Shown piece by piece: positions 1-9,929 of a stretch of 64,000 bases of DNA. The position numbers were made by a program, and so were the translations under genes. This stretch comes from Candidatus Poribacteria bacterium. GTDB taxonomy: Bacteria; Poribacteria; WGA-4E; PCPOR2b. The first letter of the stretch is position 1; each line of letters starts with the position of its first letter. The stretch is from contig OZ220744.1 in assembly GCA_965116925.1 (NCBI GenBank), positions 416,001 to 480,000 of the forward strand, given 5' to 3'. Below the pieces are notes generated by a model, which did no database searches, was not told the DNA's origin, and saw nothing but the letters and a program-made list of their open reading frames with translations.

Positions 1-1401
1 GTTTCTACAATTTTTGTAGTAATTTGCTTGATATTGTGCGCCCTTGGTCCAGCGATTGGGGATATTGAAATTGATATCTTTCTACTGAATACCGAGTTCT
101 TTTTCGATGATAAGGAGCCGCACGGACAGGTTGTCAGTAAATCGGTGCCTGTGCCAACCGCAGAGCAATATGAGGCAAAAGCCAAAACCATCGCCGAACT
201 TATTGATACACACAAAGCGAATATCGTCGGACTCGTTGAGGTGGAGAACCGCGCTGTCCTTGAAAAAGTCAGATATTATCTCGCAAGTCCCGACAACTGG
301 GAAATCGCTTTCGATGAAGGCAGAGATACCTATACCGGTCAAGATGTCGCCATCCTCACGAAATTTCGGATCGTGCCGGGAAGCGCAACGAACTTTCCAG
401 ATGAACGTGAAGTTTACTTTGTCGATGGCCAAGAACGCGATGTGAACCCCGCAAAATTTCTGGGTGTCGAATTGAAGATTGACAATCAACCTTTCTATGT
501 TCTGATCACTCATCTCATTTCTCGTCATAAATCGAACGATGCTAAACGGCTTGCACAAGCCACCGTTGTACGCCGGCAGGCTGTGAAGGGCTTGATCGCG
601 GGTAAAAATGTCATCGTCATGGGAGGCCTGAACGACACACCGGCAACGCCAGTAATTAACCGGCTCCGTGGGTTCGATGATATCTGGGATGATTTCCTGC
701 AAACCGCCAATGCAGTTGAAGCGGATAATCGGTATACATACAGCCACGAAGATCAGAAAAATCTGCTCGATCACATCCTCATTAGTCCAAGCCTACAGGG
801 TGAGTTTCGCAATGTTGAAGAGGGAAAACAGTGTGAAATTATTGATGTCGGTGGACTATCGGATCACCGGGCAATCCTTGCACGGTTGCGAATTGTCCAT
901 CCTGTTGTTGTACTCGAAACAGACAAAGGTGCCATCGAAATGGAGCTTTACCCAGACGTTGCTCCGAAGACTGTTGCCAACTTCGTCAAGTTAGTTGAGA
1001 TGGACTTTTACGACGGCCTCACCTTTCATCGATATGTGGAGAACTTTGTGATTCAGGGCGGGGATCCGGAGGGTAGTGGTAGTGGTGGGCCAGGGTGGAC
1101 AATTCCGGGCGAGTTTCAAAATCCGAAACTTCGCGCAAAGATGCCTCGACACAGAAAAGGGGTGGTGGCTATGGCACGAGCGAACAAACCGGACTCCGCA
1201 GGCAGCCAATTCTACATCTGCTTGGACACAAAGCCTTCTCGCTATTTTAGCCTTAACGGTCAGTATACAACCTTTGGGAAAGTCATTGCGGGCATTGATG
1301 TAGTCGATCAACTTCGCCAAGGCGATGTGATGAACACAGTGCGGTTAAAGGGCAAGAACGAAGAATCAGTCCCACCAACCGAGGAACAGACATCTCAATA
1401 A
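1..1401 (+). CDS. Endonuclease/exonuclease/phosphatase (EEP) domain fused to C-terminal cyclophilin-type PPIase, probably exported; 5' end probably outside window
   Basis: Frame is open from base 1 (VSTIFVVICLILCALG, signal-like). EEP motifs LVEVE, THL, LDHIL, SDH. Cyclophilin motifs FHRYVENFVIQGGDP, AGSQFYI, YTTFG. Confidence 0.8.
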   Translation, partial: VSTIFVVICLILCALGPAIGDIEIDIFLLNTEFFFDDKEPHGQVVSKSVPVPTAEQYEAKAKTIAELIDTHKANIVGLVEVENRAVLEKVRYYLASPDNWEIAFDEGRDTYTGQDVAILTKFRIVPGSATNFPDEREVYFVDGQERDVNPAKFLGVELKIDNQPFYVLITHLISRHKSNDAKRLAQATVVRRQAVKGLIAGKNVIVMGGLNDTPATPVINRLRGFDDIWDDFLQTANAVEADNRYTYSHEDQKNLLDHILISPSLQGEFRNVEEGKQCEIIDVGGLSDHRAILARLRIVHPVVVLETDKGAIEMELYPDVAPKTVANFVKLVEMDFYDGLTFHRYVENFVIQGGDPEGSGSGGPGWTIPGEFQNPKLRAKMPRHRKGVVAMARANKPDSAGSQFYICLDTKPSRYFSLNGQYTTFGKVIAGIDVVDQLRQGDVMNTVRLKGKNEESVPPTEEQTSQ

Positions 1402-1445
1402 AGGACGAAAATAATTTACCAATAACATCAAGGAGGTAGCAAAAC

Positions 1446-2090
1446 ATGTCAGAATCGTTAAAACAACGTCTACACCGGGGCGAGAGCCTTAAAGTCGCAG
1501 GATCCTCTATAGATGCGTCACGGAGTGAACTCGAAGCCCTTCTCAGTCAAGATTCCTACGATGTAGTCTCCATTGACAGTCAGCACGCAGCGTTCAATGA
1601 GGACAGATTGGTCTCATTTTGCGCGATGGCAACGGAGTTGGGCGTACCTACCCAATTTCGTATCAAAAACACGCGGCAAGCGTACCTAATCGGGAACTAC
1701 CTAGACCTAGGTCCATTTTCGATTGTGGTGCCACAGGTTGAGGACGAGGAAACCGTCGATGAGGCGATAAACGCCTTCTACTATCCACCAATCGGCAAAA
1801 GGAGTTGGGGACCCAGTTCGGGGTACGGCTTCAAACCGGAGATGGAACGCTTGGAGTACGCCGAATGGTGGAACAACAACGGCATCCTTGCTATCCAACT
1901 GGAATCGATCGATGCTGTGACCAATGCACGACACCTCGGCAAACCGGGTATTGATATGTTCGTCTTTGGCGCGAATGACATGAACTTTAGTTTGGAACAA
2001 TATCCAGACCATCCCTTCAAGACAGTTGAGGATATGATCCAGCACGTTGTCGAGCAGATGGAGGGCACACACGTCAAGGTCAATGCTTGA
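1446..2090 (+). CDS. HpcH/HpaI aldolase/citrate lyase family protein
   Basis: IDSQH, LDLG..IVVPQV, YPPIGKRSWG, QLES, GIDMFVFGANDM motifs; AAGGAGG RBS. Confidence 0.8.
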   Translation: MSESLKQRLHRGESLKVAGSSIDASRSELEALLSQDSYDVVSIDSQHAAFNEDRLVSFCAMATELGVPTQFRIKNTRQAYLIGNYLDLGPFSIVVPQVEDEETVDEAINAFYYPPIGKRSWGPSSGYGFKPEMERLEYAEWWNNNGILAIQLESIDAVTNARHLGKPGIDMFVFGANDMNFSLEQYPDHPFKTVEDMIQHVVEQMEGTHVKVNA

Positions 2091-2266
2091 GTCTTGGAAA
2101 TCTGTGCATATGTACACGTCAGTACGGATTTACATAGCACCATCTCAATATGCAAATATCTAAAGGGGTCGAGAGGGAGTTCGCTGTGCTTTTTTCGGTT
2201 CAGAGATCAAGGCTATTGTCCGATTTTTGAAGTTTTATTCAGCCTGATAAACATTGTAAAGAAAGG

Positions 2267-2329
2267 TCACGGATATCCGTGATTCCTATTATTTTATGCC
2301 TTGATCTCTGTTTTGCGTCATGCTATAAT
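2267..2329 (+). promoter_or_regulatory. Palindromic operator TCACGGATATCCGTGA plus sigma70-type promoter of the Rieske/cyt b operon
   Basis: Perfect 16-bp palindrome at 2267-2282; TTGATC (2301-2306), 17-bp spacer, TG-n-TATAAT (2324-2329). Same architecture at 14318-14379. Confidence 0.65.
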
Positions 2330-2414
2330 GACTGCCGATTCGACAAACTGCAATCAAAATACTCGGGTCGTGTCCTTTGCTTTTTACACGCCGTTTTACT
2401 AAAATCCACAAACT

Positions 2415-2924
2415 TTGAAATTTGAGGTGAAGTTGGTGCTATCTCGACGTTCATTTTTTAAGTTTCTGGGCTGGGGAAATTTCCTCGCTGCTACCGGGCT
2501 TGCCTTTGGTCCCGGATTGATCCGATTCTTATACCCACGTGTCCTCTTTGAACCATCTTCGGTCTTCAAGGCTGGATTTCCCGGCGAATATCCTCCGGGA
2601 ACGGTTAGCGAGAAGTTCAAAAAAGATCCGTTCGGTGTCTGGATTGTTCGGAAAGAAGATGGCGAGTTTTTCGCACTGTTGGCAATCTGTACGCATCTCG
2701 GTTGTACTCCCCGATGGCTTTCGTCCGAACAGAAGTTTAAGTGCCCTTGTCATGGAAGCGGATTTGACCGTGAGGGAATGCACTTTGAGGGGCCTGCACC
2801 GAGACCCCTTGAGCGCGTCCAAATTACGCTAGCGGAAGATGGACAGCTGCAGATTGATAAGTCCGTAAAGTTTCTGGAAGAGCGAGGCGATTGGGGGAAA
2901 GCGGGATCCTCTTTAAGGGTTTAG
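2415..2924 (+). CDS. qcrA: Rieske iron-sulfur subunit of a bc/b6-type complex (Tat-exported)
   Basis: SRRSFFK twin-arginine motif; CTHLGC and CPCHGS boxes; GPAPRPL. The true start may be a few codons downstream. Confidence 0.92.
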   Translation: MKFEVKLVLSRRSFFKFLGWGNFLAATGLAFGPGLIRFLYPRVLFEPSSVFKAGFPGEYPPGTVSEKFKKDPFGVWIVRKEDGEFFALLAICTHLGCTPRWLSSEQKFKCPCHGSGFDREGMHFEGPAPRPLERVQITLAEDGQLQIDKSVKFLEERGDWGKAGSSLRV

Positions 2925-3087
2925 GGGGGCGGCGATTCATAACCTATGTTCCTCCCCTGACTGCTACTCTTTCCCATGCCATCAGATTATACCCTTTTGG
3001 TGCGGTCGTAACGAGAAAATTAAATTGAGCAAGAAAGGAGCTATACAGCCTTGGTTATGCTAACGCGAAGCGGGCTGAGTTGTAATT

Positions 3088-3861
3088 ATGAATGAGAGAC
3101 GTAATGGATTAAAAGAGAAAATCACAAATAACCAGATTTGGCAGTCGATGTTTCGCCACGGCTACGAGAAAACAGGGAGACGATATACCCTCCAAGTCCT
3201 CCAAAATGTCTGGCTCCATCTGCATCCTCCCCGCGTTACCCGCCACGCGATTAATTTCCGATTCACATGGTGTATGGGCGGGATTACCTTTCTGATGTTT
3301 CTTGTCACCGCCGTTACAGGTGTGTTGTTGATGTTCTACTATCGTCCCACCGCAGAGTACGCGTTCCGTGATATTCAGTATCTTGAATTTGACATCCCGT
3401 TTGGGATGCTCCTGCGCAATATGCACCGTTGGGCAGCCCACGGCATGGTGATCGCAGTGATGCTTCACATGTTTCGTGTTTTCCTGACCGGGTCCTATAA
3501 AAAGCCTCGCGAATTTAACTGGGGTGTCGGCGTTATCCTGTTGCTTGTCACCTTCTTCCTTAGTTTTACCGGCTACCTGCTACCGTGGGATCAGCTCGCA
3601 TTCTGGGCGGTCACCGTCGGAACAAACATGGCGCGAGCGACACCCGTCTTAGGGCATGAAGGCCCATTCCACCCCCAGGATATTGTCACCCAATCGAATG
3701 ATGTGCGCTTTGCCCTCCTTGGCGGAACAATTGTCGGGCCCTCAACCCTCTTGCGGTTTTACATCCTACATTGCGTTGCTGTGCCGCTTTTGGCAAGCGT
3801 GTTGATGGCTCTGCACTTCTGGCGTGTCCGCAAGGACGGTGGTATTTCTGGACCTCTATAA
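3088..3861 (+). CDS. qcrB: Cytochrome b6-like N-terminal subunit of a split cytochrome b
   Basis: HRWAAH and LHC..LHF heme b His pairs; GYLLPWDQ; WCMGG Cys at the heme c_i position; ends GISGPL as in PetB. Confidence 0.92.
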   Translation: MNERRNGLKEKITNNQIWQSMFRHGYEKTGRRYTLQVLQNVWLHLHPPRVTRHAINFRFTWCMGGITFLMFLVTAVTGVLLMFYYRPTAEYAFRDIQYLEFDIPFGMLLRNMHRWAAHGMVIAVMLHMFRVFLTGSYKKPREFNWGVGVILLLVTFFLSFTGYLLPWDQLAFWAVTVGTNMARATPVLGHEGPFHPQDIVTQSNDVRFALLGGTIVGPSTLLRFYILHCVAVPLLASVLMALHFWRVRKDGGISGPL

Positions 3862-3961
3862 GTAATGAATTCATTTTGACTCATGCTAAGAAATGGTGCA
3901 ACAGAAACTTTTTGATTCACTAATCCACTAGGTCGTTTGATGAACCAATGACCAACTTACA

Positions 3962-3992
3962 CATCACGTTTCACGCATCACGTTTCACGCAT
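3962..3992 (+). repeat. Heptamer tandem repeat (CATCACG/TTTCACG) family
   Basis: CATCACGTTTCACGCATCACGTTTCACGCAT. Related copies at 14241-14263 and 15288-15311, and inverted at 34240-34252 and 61013-61039. Confidence 0.8.
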
Positions 3993-4006
3993 TTAATCCC
4001 TATTTA

Positions 4007-4885
4007 TTGAGGTGGTATATGGATCCTTTTCTCCTATTGGTTACGAAGCCTGATAACGTTCCGATTGTTGCAATCGTGTTGTTGTTGCCTTTCTTCACTT
4101 GGCTCGCATTCAGCCAAGGGCGTAGAAATGACTTAGCTGGCACACCCGCCGAAGCAGCACTTAACGATAAAGTCTACTGTTGGCCCTACCTCTGCCGCAA
4201 CGAGTTTCTCTGTGCGATCATTATAATGCTTGTTCTGGGGATATGGTCTATTACCATTGACGCCCCGCTCGAAGAGCCGAGTGATCCAACAGTAACCCCT
4301 AACCCGTCTAAAGCCCCGTGGTACTTCCTTGCACTACAAGAGATGTTGGTCTACTTTGATCCGTGGATTGCAGGTGTGGTTTTGCCGGGGCTGATTATCG
4401 CCGGTCTAATCGCCATCCCCTATATAGATATCAATCCCAAAGGGAAAGGCTACTATACCCTGAAGGAGCGTCCGTTTGCACTTATAACCTTCTGTTTCGG
4501 CTTTTTCGTGTTATGGATCGTGCTGATGGTCGTCGGCACCTTCTTGAGGGGACCCGGTTGGAACTTTTTCGCCCCATGGAAAGAGTGGGATCCGCACAAA
4601 GTTGTGCCCTTAACCAACGTCAACCTATCTTACCTAGTCGGCATCCGAAACGAACAACCCGCTGGTATCTTCGGGATGTGTGTTGTCGTCGGATATTTTG
4701 CCCTGGGACCCATCTACTACTTTTTGAAGAAAGGAACGAGCAAATTTCTTCAAGAGTTGGGTTTGGTCCGCTACATCGTTGTCTCATTCCTGTTTTTAAC
4801 GATGATGGCTTTGCCAATCAAGATGATTCTTCGGTGGACATTAAATATCAAGTACATTTGGGTTACTCCGTGGTTCAATATCTAG
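4007..4885 (+). CDS. Cytochrome b C-terminal / subunit IV (PetD-like), extended
   Basis: PLEEPSDPTVTPNPSKAPWYF (PEWY-equivalent), IPYID, ERP; multiple TM helices; follows the cyt b N-part. Confidence 0.85.
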   Translation: MRWYMDPFLLLVTKPDNVPIVAIVLLLPFFTWLAFSQGRRNDLAGTPAEAALNDKVYCWPYLCRNEFLCAIIIMLVLGIWSITIDAPLEEPSDPTVTPNPSKAPWYFLALQEMLVYFDPWIAGVVLPGLIIAGLIAIPYIDINPKGKGYYTLKERPFALITFCFGFFVLWIVLMVVGTFLRGPGWNFFAPWKEWDPHKVVPLTNVNLSYLVGIRNEQPAGIFGMCVVVGYFALGPIYYFLKKGTSKFLQELGLVRYIVVSFLFLTMMALPIKMILRWTLNIKYIWVTPWFNI

Positions 4886-4942
4886 AACGTATTGGACAGT
4901 GTGTAATTCGTTCATTCAAACAGTAAGGAGTCAATACGAATC

Positions 4943-7900
4943 GTGAGGAGCAATAAAGAAGTTCGGGTTGAGGAAAAATCTTACGCAGCACTATTTTTTA
5001 TCCTTTCCGGGTTGCTAGGATTCGTTACGTTGTGGGGGTTCTATAACGAAACAATTACTAGACGACCATGGAAGGAGATTCAGCGGCAATTCTACGAATA
5101 CGAATATCAGAAAACCAAGATTGAGTTAGAAACAGCGAAACAAGATCTGCCTGAAATTGAAGCACCTCAAGAAATTGACCCTAAACAGGAGAAGACGCTA
5201 AAGGATACGATTGCAGGGTTGCAGATTAAGCTAGACGAAGCCTTACAGGATCGCAAATTTGACCAGAGTGAATCGGATGCAATCAATTATAAATATCAGT
5301 ATGCACTGCACCACGGGGAAACAGAAGAAGCAGAAAAATGGAAAAAGAAATTAGATGAGTTTGAGAGCCGGATTGAAGGAGAGCTGACGGATGCTGTACT
5401 CGCGGCGGAGCAAAACCTTGCCGCTGCTTATAAGGATCTCGCTGAGGTTTATGACACCAATGGATACGTTGAGGCTGCCCTAGCTGAATATCTCCTCGTT
5501 CGGAAGTATAATGCTGCTGACACAATGATTCCGACAAAGATTAGTGAACTTCAGGCGAAAATTGAGGAGGCGAAAGCGGATAAAGAGAAATACACCACCG
5601 TTGACAGACTGGAGGAGAAACTCCATTCCGTTGGCGGTATTAAGCGCACTTTCATCGGTACACTGGCAGAAAGTCCCTTTACAAAGACCCGCACGGTCGT
5701 GCAATACTACATCGAAGATTTTGATTATACAGCAGATCGATGCGCGACCTGCCACTTTGCTTCAGACAAAGCAGGATACGACGGATATGCCAAAGAGCAG
5801 TTTGAGGAAATTGAGGGGGACGGCGAAAGCCTGCTGACACTCCAATTAAAACATCCCTATGTTAAAAAGGGCAGCGAAACGGTGCTGATTGATGAAGAAG
5901 ATGCCGAAGATGGCAGTTACGAACTGAGCGAAGATGGCAAATTGACCTTTACCGATCCAGATGTTTATGCTGACCTTGTCGAAATCGCGTATGAGACTGG
6001 ATATGATCCTGTACTTCAGACGCATCCCCACCGTGATGTGCTACTCGGCAAACATCCCGTCGAAAGATTTGGATGTACGCCCTGCCACGGCGGACAGGGA
6101 CAAGGGCTGACCCAAAAAGCCGCACACGCCCTAGACCATAAGAAAGAGTTTTGGCTGACGCCGGTCTTGGGGTTGGATGAACACACCGGTAAAGCCTCAG
6201 AGGAATTGCACGGCTATATGGAGGCTAACTGTCGTCGCTGCCACGATGGCGTGATGATGCTAGATGCTCCCAATCCAGAGACCGGGCAGCTCCAAGATTA
6301 TGCGCCGGTCCTTTCAAAGGGGATGGCACTGTTTGAGGACGTTGGGTGTCACGGTTGTCATGCTGTTGAGGGCTATTCCGTGTTAGCAGACCTCGACAAA
6401 GTGGGTCCATCGCTTGCCAAAATCGGTAGTAAAGTGAACAGCGTGGACTGGTTGGAAGGATGGATTAAACAGCCAACTGCCTATCTGCCAGAAACCAAGA
6501 TGCCAAATTTCTTCCCCGTCGAAAAGTTGACCCAAGCGGTTTATCTCAAAAATGGAAATAAGCACTACGGCGTCGTCACCAAAACCGACACCGGCATTAT
6601 CCTCCAAAAGGACGATGGCACAAAATATCCCTATCCTGACACCGCCGTTGAGCGGGTTGTTGATGAAGTGAAATCGATTGCGGCATATTTGGCACAGATG
6701 AAAGATCCTGCTATAGATCAAGGCGATGCCTCATACTCGACAGCACCCCGTGCGATTGCTGCCGGTGAACAGGTTGTTAAATCTGTTGGGTGCCTGTCAT
6801 GCCATGCGGTTGACGGACTCGGAAGCGACTTCGCACCAAAATTGGATAATGTCGGCAGCAAACTCACACCACAATTTCTCCGTCAATGGATTAGCGATCC
6901 AAGATCTTACGACCCCGACACAGTGATGCCCAGTCTGCGTCTGACCGAGAACGAGGTGGACAACTCGGTTGCCTACTTGATGTCGTTGCAAGAGACGGCA
7001 ACCTCTCCTATTGCTGGCAACGAAAATCCCCACGCAGCGATTGATCCGATGGAAGGCGAAAAGCTAGTGCGGACCTACGGTTGCTTCGGTTGCCACAGTA
7101 TCCCCGGCTTCGAGAATGAGTCGAAGGTCGGCGCAGATCTCGGTGAATTTGGTGCCAAGATAGCTGACGAACTAGACTTTGGAGACACAACAGATATCGA
7201 ACACAGTTGGCACGGTTGGACAATCGGAAAAATAACCAATCCAAGACGCTATCAAACGCGTCGTATTGTCTCCCGAATGCCTGTCTTTAGCGAACACACG
7301 ATTGGTGAGGAGGATGCACGCGCCCTTGCTGTTCTGCTCAAGAGTTTCCAACCTGAAAAATACCCGGTGAGTTATCTCCACCACCCAAGCGAAAAGACGC
7401 GGCAGATTGATGATGGGCGCCGGTTGGCGAAAAAATATAACTGCACCGGCTGCCATGACATCGAAGGAAAAGGTGGCGATTTCGTGAATGTGGTCGCCGC
7501 TAATGAAGAACTAGACCTACTAAACGCCAAGCGCTTTGCCCCGCCTACCCTGCAAGCGCAAGGTGCTAAGGTTTATCCGGAGTGGTTGTTTGAGTTCCTG
7601 AAGGCACCGACTCCTATCCGCTACGGGCTTGAAGTTCGGATGCCGACTTTCGGTTTAGAAGACGAGGAAGCGACCGCACTTGTCAAATACTTCTCTACGC
7701 TTGACGATGAGGTTTTCCCATATGAGACCATCGCATTACAACCGGCGTCGCGAAGGGAACTCCGTGTCGGCAAACAGATCTTTGACGCGCTCCAGTGTAT
7801 CTCCTGCCACCCGGAACAAGGCGAAGTTATACCACCGGGCAGCGATAAAACCGGACGTCCTGATCTCGCATTAGCGAAGGGTCGTCTCAAAGCGGACTGG

Positions 7901-8068
7901 GTCATTGAATGGCTCAAAGATCCACAATCCTTCCAACCGGGGACTGCAATGCCGCAAGCTTGGCCCAAAATCGGCGGCGCACATCAACCTGTTGATGGTT
8001 TTGCAGTTGATGATGCCGAAGAGCAGATCCGGCTGGTGAGAGATTACCTCAACTCGTTGGGCGAGTAA
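4943..8068 (+). CDS. Membrane-anchored octaheme cytochrome c subunit of the Rieske/cyt b complex
   Basis: N-terminal TM helix, then a coiled-coil region and eight CxxCH motifs (CATCH, CTPCH, CRRCH, CHGCH, CLSCH, CFGCH, CTGCH, CISCH). Confidence 0.88.
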   Translation: MRSNKEVRVEEKSYAALFFILSGLLGFVTLWGFYNETITRRPWKEIQRQFYEYEYQKTKIELETAKQDLPEIEAPQEIDPKQEKTLKDTIAGLQIKLDEALQDRKFDQSESDAINYKYQYALHHGETEEAEKWKKKLDEFESRIEGELTDAVLAAEQNLAAAYKDLAEVYDTNGYVEAALAEYLLVRKYNAADTMIPTKISELQAKIEEAKADKEKYTTVDRLEEKLHSVGGIKRTFIGTLAESPFTKTRTVVQYYIEDFDYTADRCATCHFASDKAGYDGYAKEQFEEIEGDGESLLTLQLKHPYVKKGSETVLIDEEDAEDGSYELSEDGKLTFTDPDVYADLVEIAYETGYDPVLQTHPHRDVLLGKHPVERFGCTPCHGGQGQGLTQKAAHALDHKKEFWLTPVLGLDEHTGKASEELHGYMEANCRRCHDGVMMLDAPNPETGQLQDYAPVLSKGMALFEDVGCHGCHAVEGYSVLADLDKVGPSLAKIGSKVNSVDWLEGWIKQPTAYLPETKMPNFFPVEKLTQAVYLKNGNKHYGVVTKTDTGIILQKDDGTKYPYPDTAVERVVDEVKSIAAYLAQMKDPAIDQGDASYSTAPRAIAAGEQVVKSVGCLSCHAVDGLGSDFAPKLDNVGSKLTPQFLRQWISDPRSYDPDTVMPSLRLTENEVDNSVAYLMSLQETATSPIAGNENPHAAIDPMEGEKLVRTYGCFGCHSIPGFENESKVGADLGEFGAKIADELDFGDTTDIEHSWHGWTIGKITNPRRYQTRRIVSRMPVFSEHTIGEEDARALAVLLKSFQPEKYPVSYLHHPSEKTRQIDDGRRLAKKYNCTGCHDIEGKGGDFVNVVAANEELDLLNAKRFAPPTLQAQGAKVYPEWLFEFLKAPTPIRYGLEVRMPTFGLEDEEATALVKYFSTLDDEVFPYETIALQPASRRELRVGKQIFDALQCISCHPEQGEVIPPGSDKTGRPDLALAKGRLKADWVIEWLKDPQSFQPGTAMPQAWPKIGGAHQPVDGFAVDDAEEQIRLVRDYLNSLGE

Positions 8069-8110
8069 TGTACTAGTGAGCCAATCCACTAATGAACTAA
8101 ACCATCCCCC

Positions 8111-8133
8111 GTAGGTTGGGCATCTTGCCCGAC
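8111..8133 (+). repeat. GTAG-type REP-like palindrome
   Basis: GTAGGTTGGGCATCTTGCCCGAC; close relative GTAGGCGGGGCATCTTGCCCCGCC at 48411-48434. Confidence 0.6.
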
Positions 8134-8182
8134 TAATAAACCAATGAACTAATGAACCGCGTTACTAAAAGGGGGCTAACAA

Positions 8183-9820
8183 ATGCTTCAAACCAATCCC
8201 TCCGTATCTTCCGAAGCCTCAACGGCAGGAAATGGTGGCCAACGGATCCTCATCGGTATTGTCATTGCCATCATCGTTGGACTTGTCGTCGGTGGTTGGA
8301 TACCAAGCTTCGCTGCAAAGACAACCCTGCTCGGTGACATATTCCTAAATGCGCTAAAAATGATTGTCGTCCCGCTGGTCATGTGTTCAATGATTGTTGG
8401 GATTACCGGCTTAGGGGACATCCGCAACCTCGGTCCAATAGGTGGGCGCACTGTGCTCTACTACATGGCGACCACTGGGATTTCGGTGCTCATCGGCATC
8501 ATCTTGGTCAACATTATCCAACCGGGAAAAGGGATTTCGCGCGGCGCAGATCATCCAGAATATACATATACAGTTGGTGGTGAAAATAATCGCACTGTCA
8601 CTTTAACGAACGGTACTTGGGAACAAACAGGTTACGATGACAGGTATGCGCTGATTCTGCCTGACCAAGGGGTGCAGGGGGCGATTGAGTCAATGACTGA
8701 AAACTCCGCTACCGTAAAGTTGTGGGAATCTCTCCAAGGAGGCGAGGAGGTCTATATCGAAGCGGAGGATGGCACACGCCTGCCTTTTCGGCGTGTTGGG
8801 GGGCAGCTCATTTCCGATGAACCGGAACTTCAACCCGGAGGAAAAGGCGTAAAGATCGATTTGCCCATCGCCGGGGCAGTTCGCGGCAAAGAAGAGAGAA
8901 ACATCGGCAACATCTTGTCGGAAGTCCTGATAGGAAATGAGGAAACCGGAAAAGAAGGCTTGATTCCGCGAAACCTATTCAACGCAATGGTGCGAACGGA
9001 TATCCTCCCGCTAATCTTTTTCTCACTGCTGATTGGCTGTGCATTTTCCATCTTGGGTGAACGTGGGCAGAATGCCATTAATTTTATTTCGGTGCTGAAC
9101 GATGGTGTTATGCGTATTGTTCACTGGATTATGATTTTTGCACCGATTGGCATCTTCGGATTGGTTGCAGGCCGTATTGGGCGCGCCGGTGGGTTTACCA
9201 AATTTTTGCCAGAGCTGCTGGCAGTTGGGAAATATAGTTTCACCGTCATATTTGGACTTGCCATGCATGCCCTTGTTGTATTACCTATAATCCTTTTTCT
9301 AATTGGTAGACGGAACCCACTGACCTATGCAAGAGGGATGGGAGCAGCACTATTAAACGCTTTCTCTACAGCATCAAGTTCAGCGACGCTGCCGCTGACA
9401 ATGGAAGGCACCGAGAAGAAAAATGGCATATCCAATCGGACCTCAAGTTTTGTCTTACCACTCGGTGCAACGATTAACATGGATGGCACGGCACTCTACG
9501 AAGCCGTTGCTGCAATGTTTATCGCACAGGTCTACGGAATAACCTTAGGTCCTGTGGAGCAGGTTGTTATCTTTCTGACCGCGACGATTGCCGCCATCGG
9601 TGCCGCGGGTATCCCTGAAGCAGGTCTTGTGACAATGGTGATTGTCTTAAAAGCTGTTGGGCTACCGATCGAAGGTATTGGGTTAATCCTAACTATTGAT
9701 TGGTTCCTTGACCGATGCCGGACAACCATTAACGTTTGGGGCGATAGTGTCGGCGCAGGTGTTATTGAGACACTTGAATCTAGAGCTGATCCAGAACAAC
9801 GGACAGATTCCTTAAGGTAG
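8183..9820 (+). CDS. Dicarboxylate/amino acid:cation symporter (DAACS, GltP/DctA family) with a large soluble insertion
   Basis: FLNALKMIVVPL, AFSTASSSATLP, LPLGATINMDGTALY and DWFLDRCRT motifs. Confidence 0.92.
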   Translation: MLQTNPSVSSEASTAGNGGQRILIGIVIAIIVGLVVGGWIPSFAAKTTLLGDIFLNALKMIVVPLVMCSMIVGITGLGDIRNLGPIGGRTVLYYMATTGISVLIGIILVNIIQPGKGISRGADHPEYTYTVGGENNRTVTLTNGTWEQTGYDDRYALILPDQGVQGAIESMTENSATVKLWESLQGGEEVYIEAEDGTRLPFRRVGGQLISDEPELQPGGKGVKIDLPIAGAVRGKEERNIGNILSEVLIGNEETGKEGLIPRNLFNAMVRTDILPLIFFSLLIGCAFSILGERGQNAINFISVLNDGVMRIVHWIMIFAPIGIFGLVAGRIGRAGGFTKFLPELLAVGKYSFTVIFGLAMHALVVLPIILFLIGRRNPLTYARGMGAALLNAFSTASSSATLPLTMEGTEKKNGISNRTSSFVLPLGATINMDGTALYEAVAAMFIAQVYGITLGPVEQVVIFLTATIAAIGAAGIPEAGLVTMVIVLKAVGLPIEGIGLILTIDWFLDRCRTTINVWGDSVGAGVIETLESRADPEQRTDSLR

Positions 9821-9929
9821 TAGGCATACTCCGTATGCCGTAGTCGTGTTGCTCCAGAACAACGGACAGATTCCTCCGCCCTGTCGAGTTAAGTGGAATC
9901 ATGCGAATAGCAAAGGTGGTACCGTTCAA

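Noticed and set aside
3921..3992. Short repeats as a possible CRISPR array
   Set aside because: Heptamer tandem units without unique spacers; no cas genes in the window.
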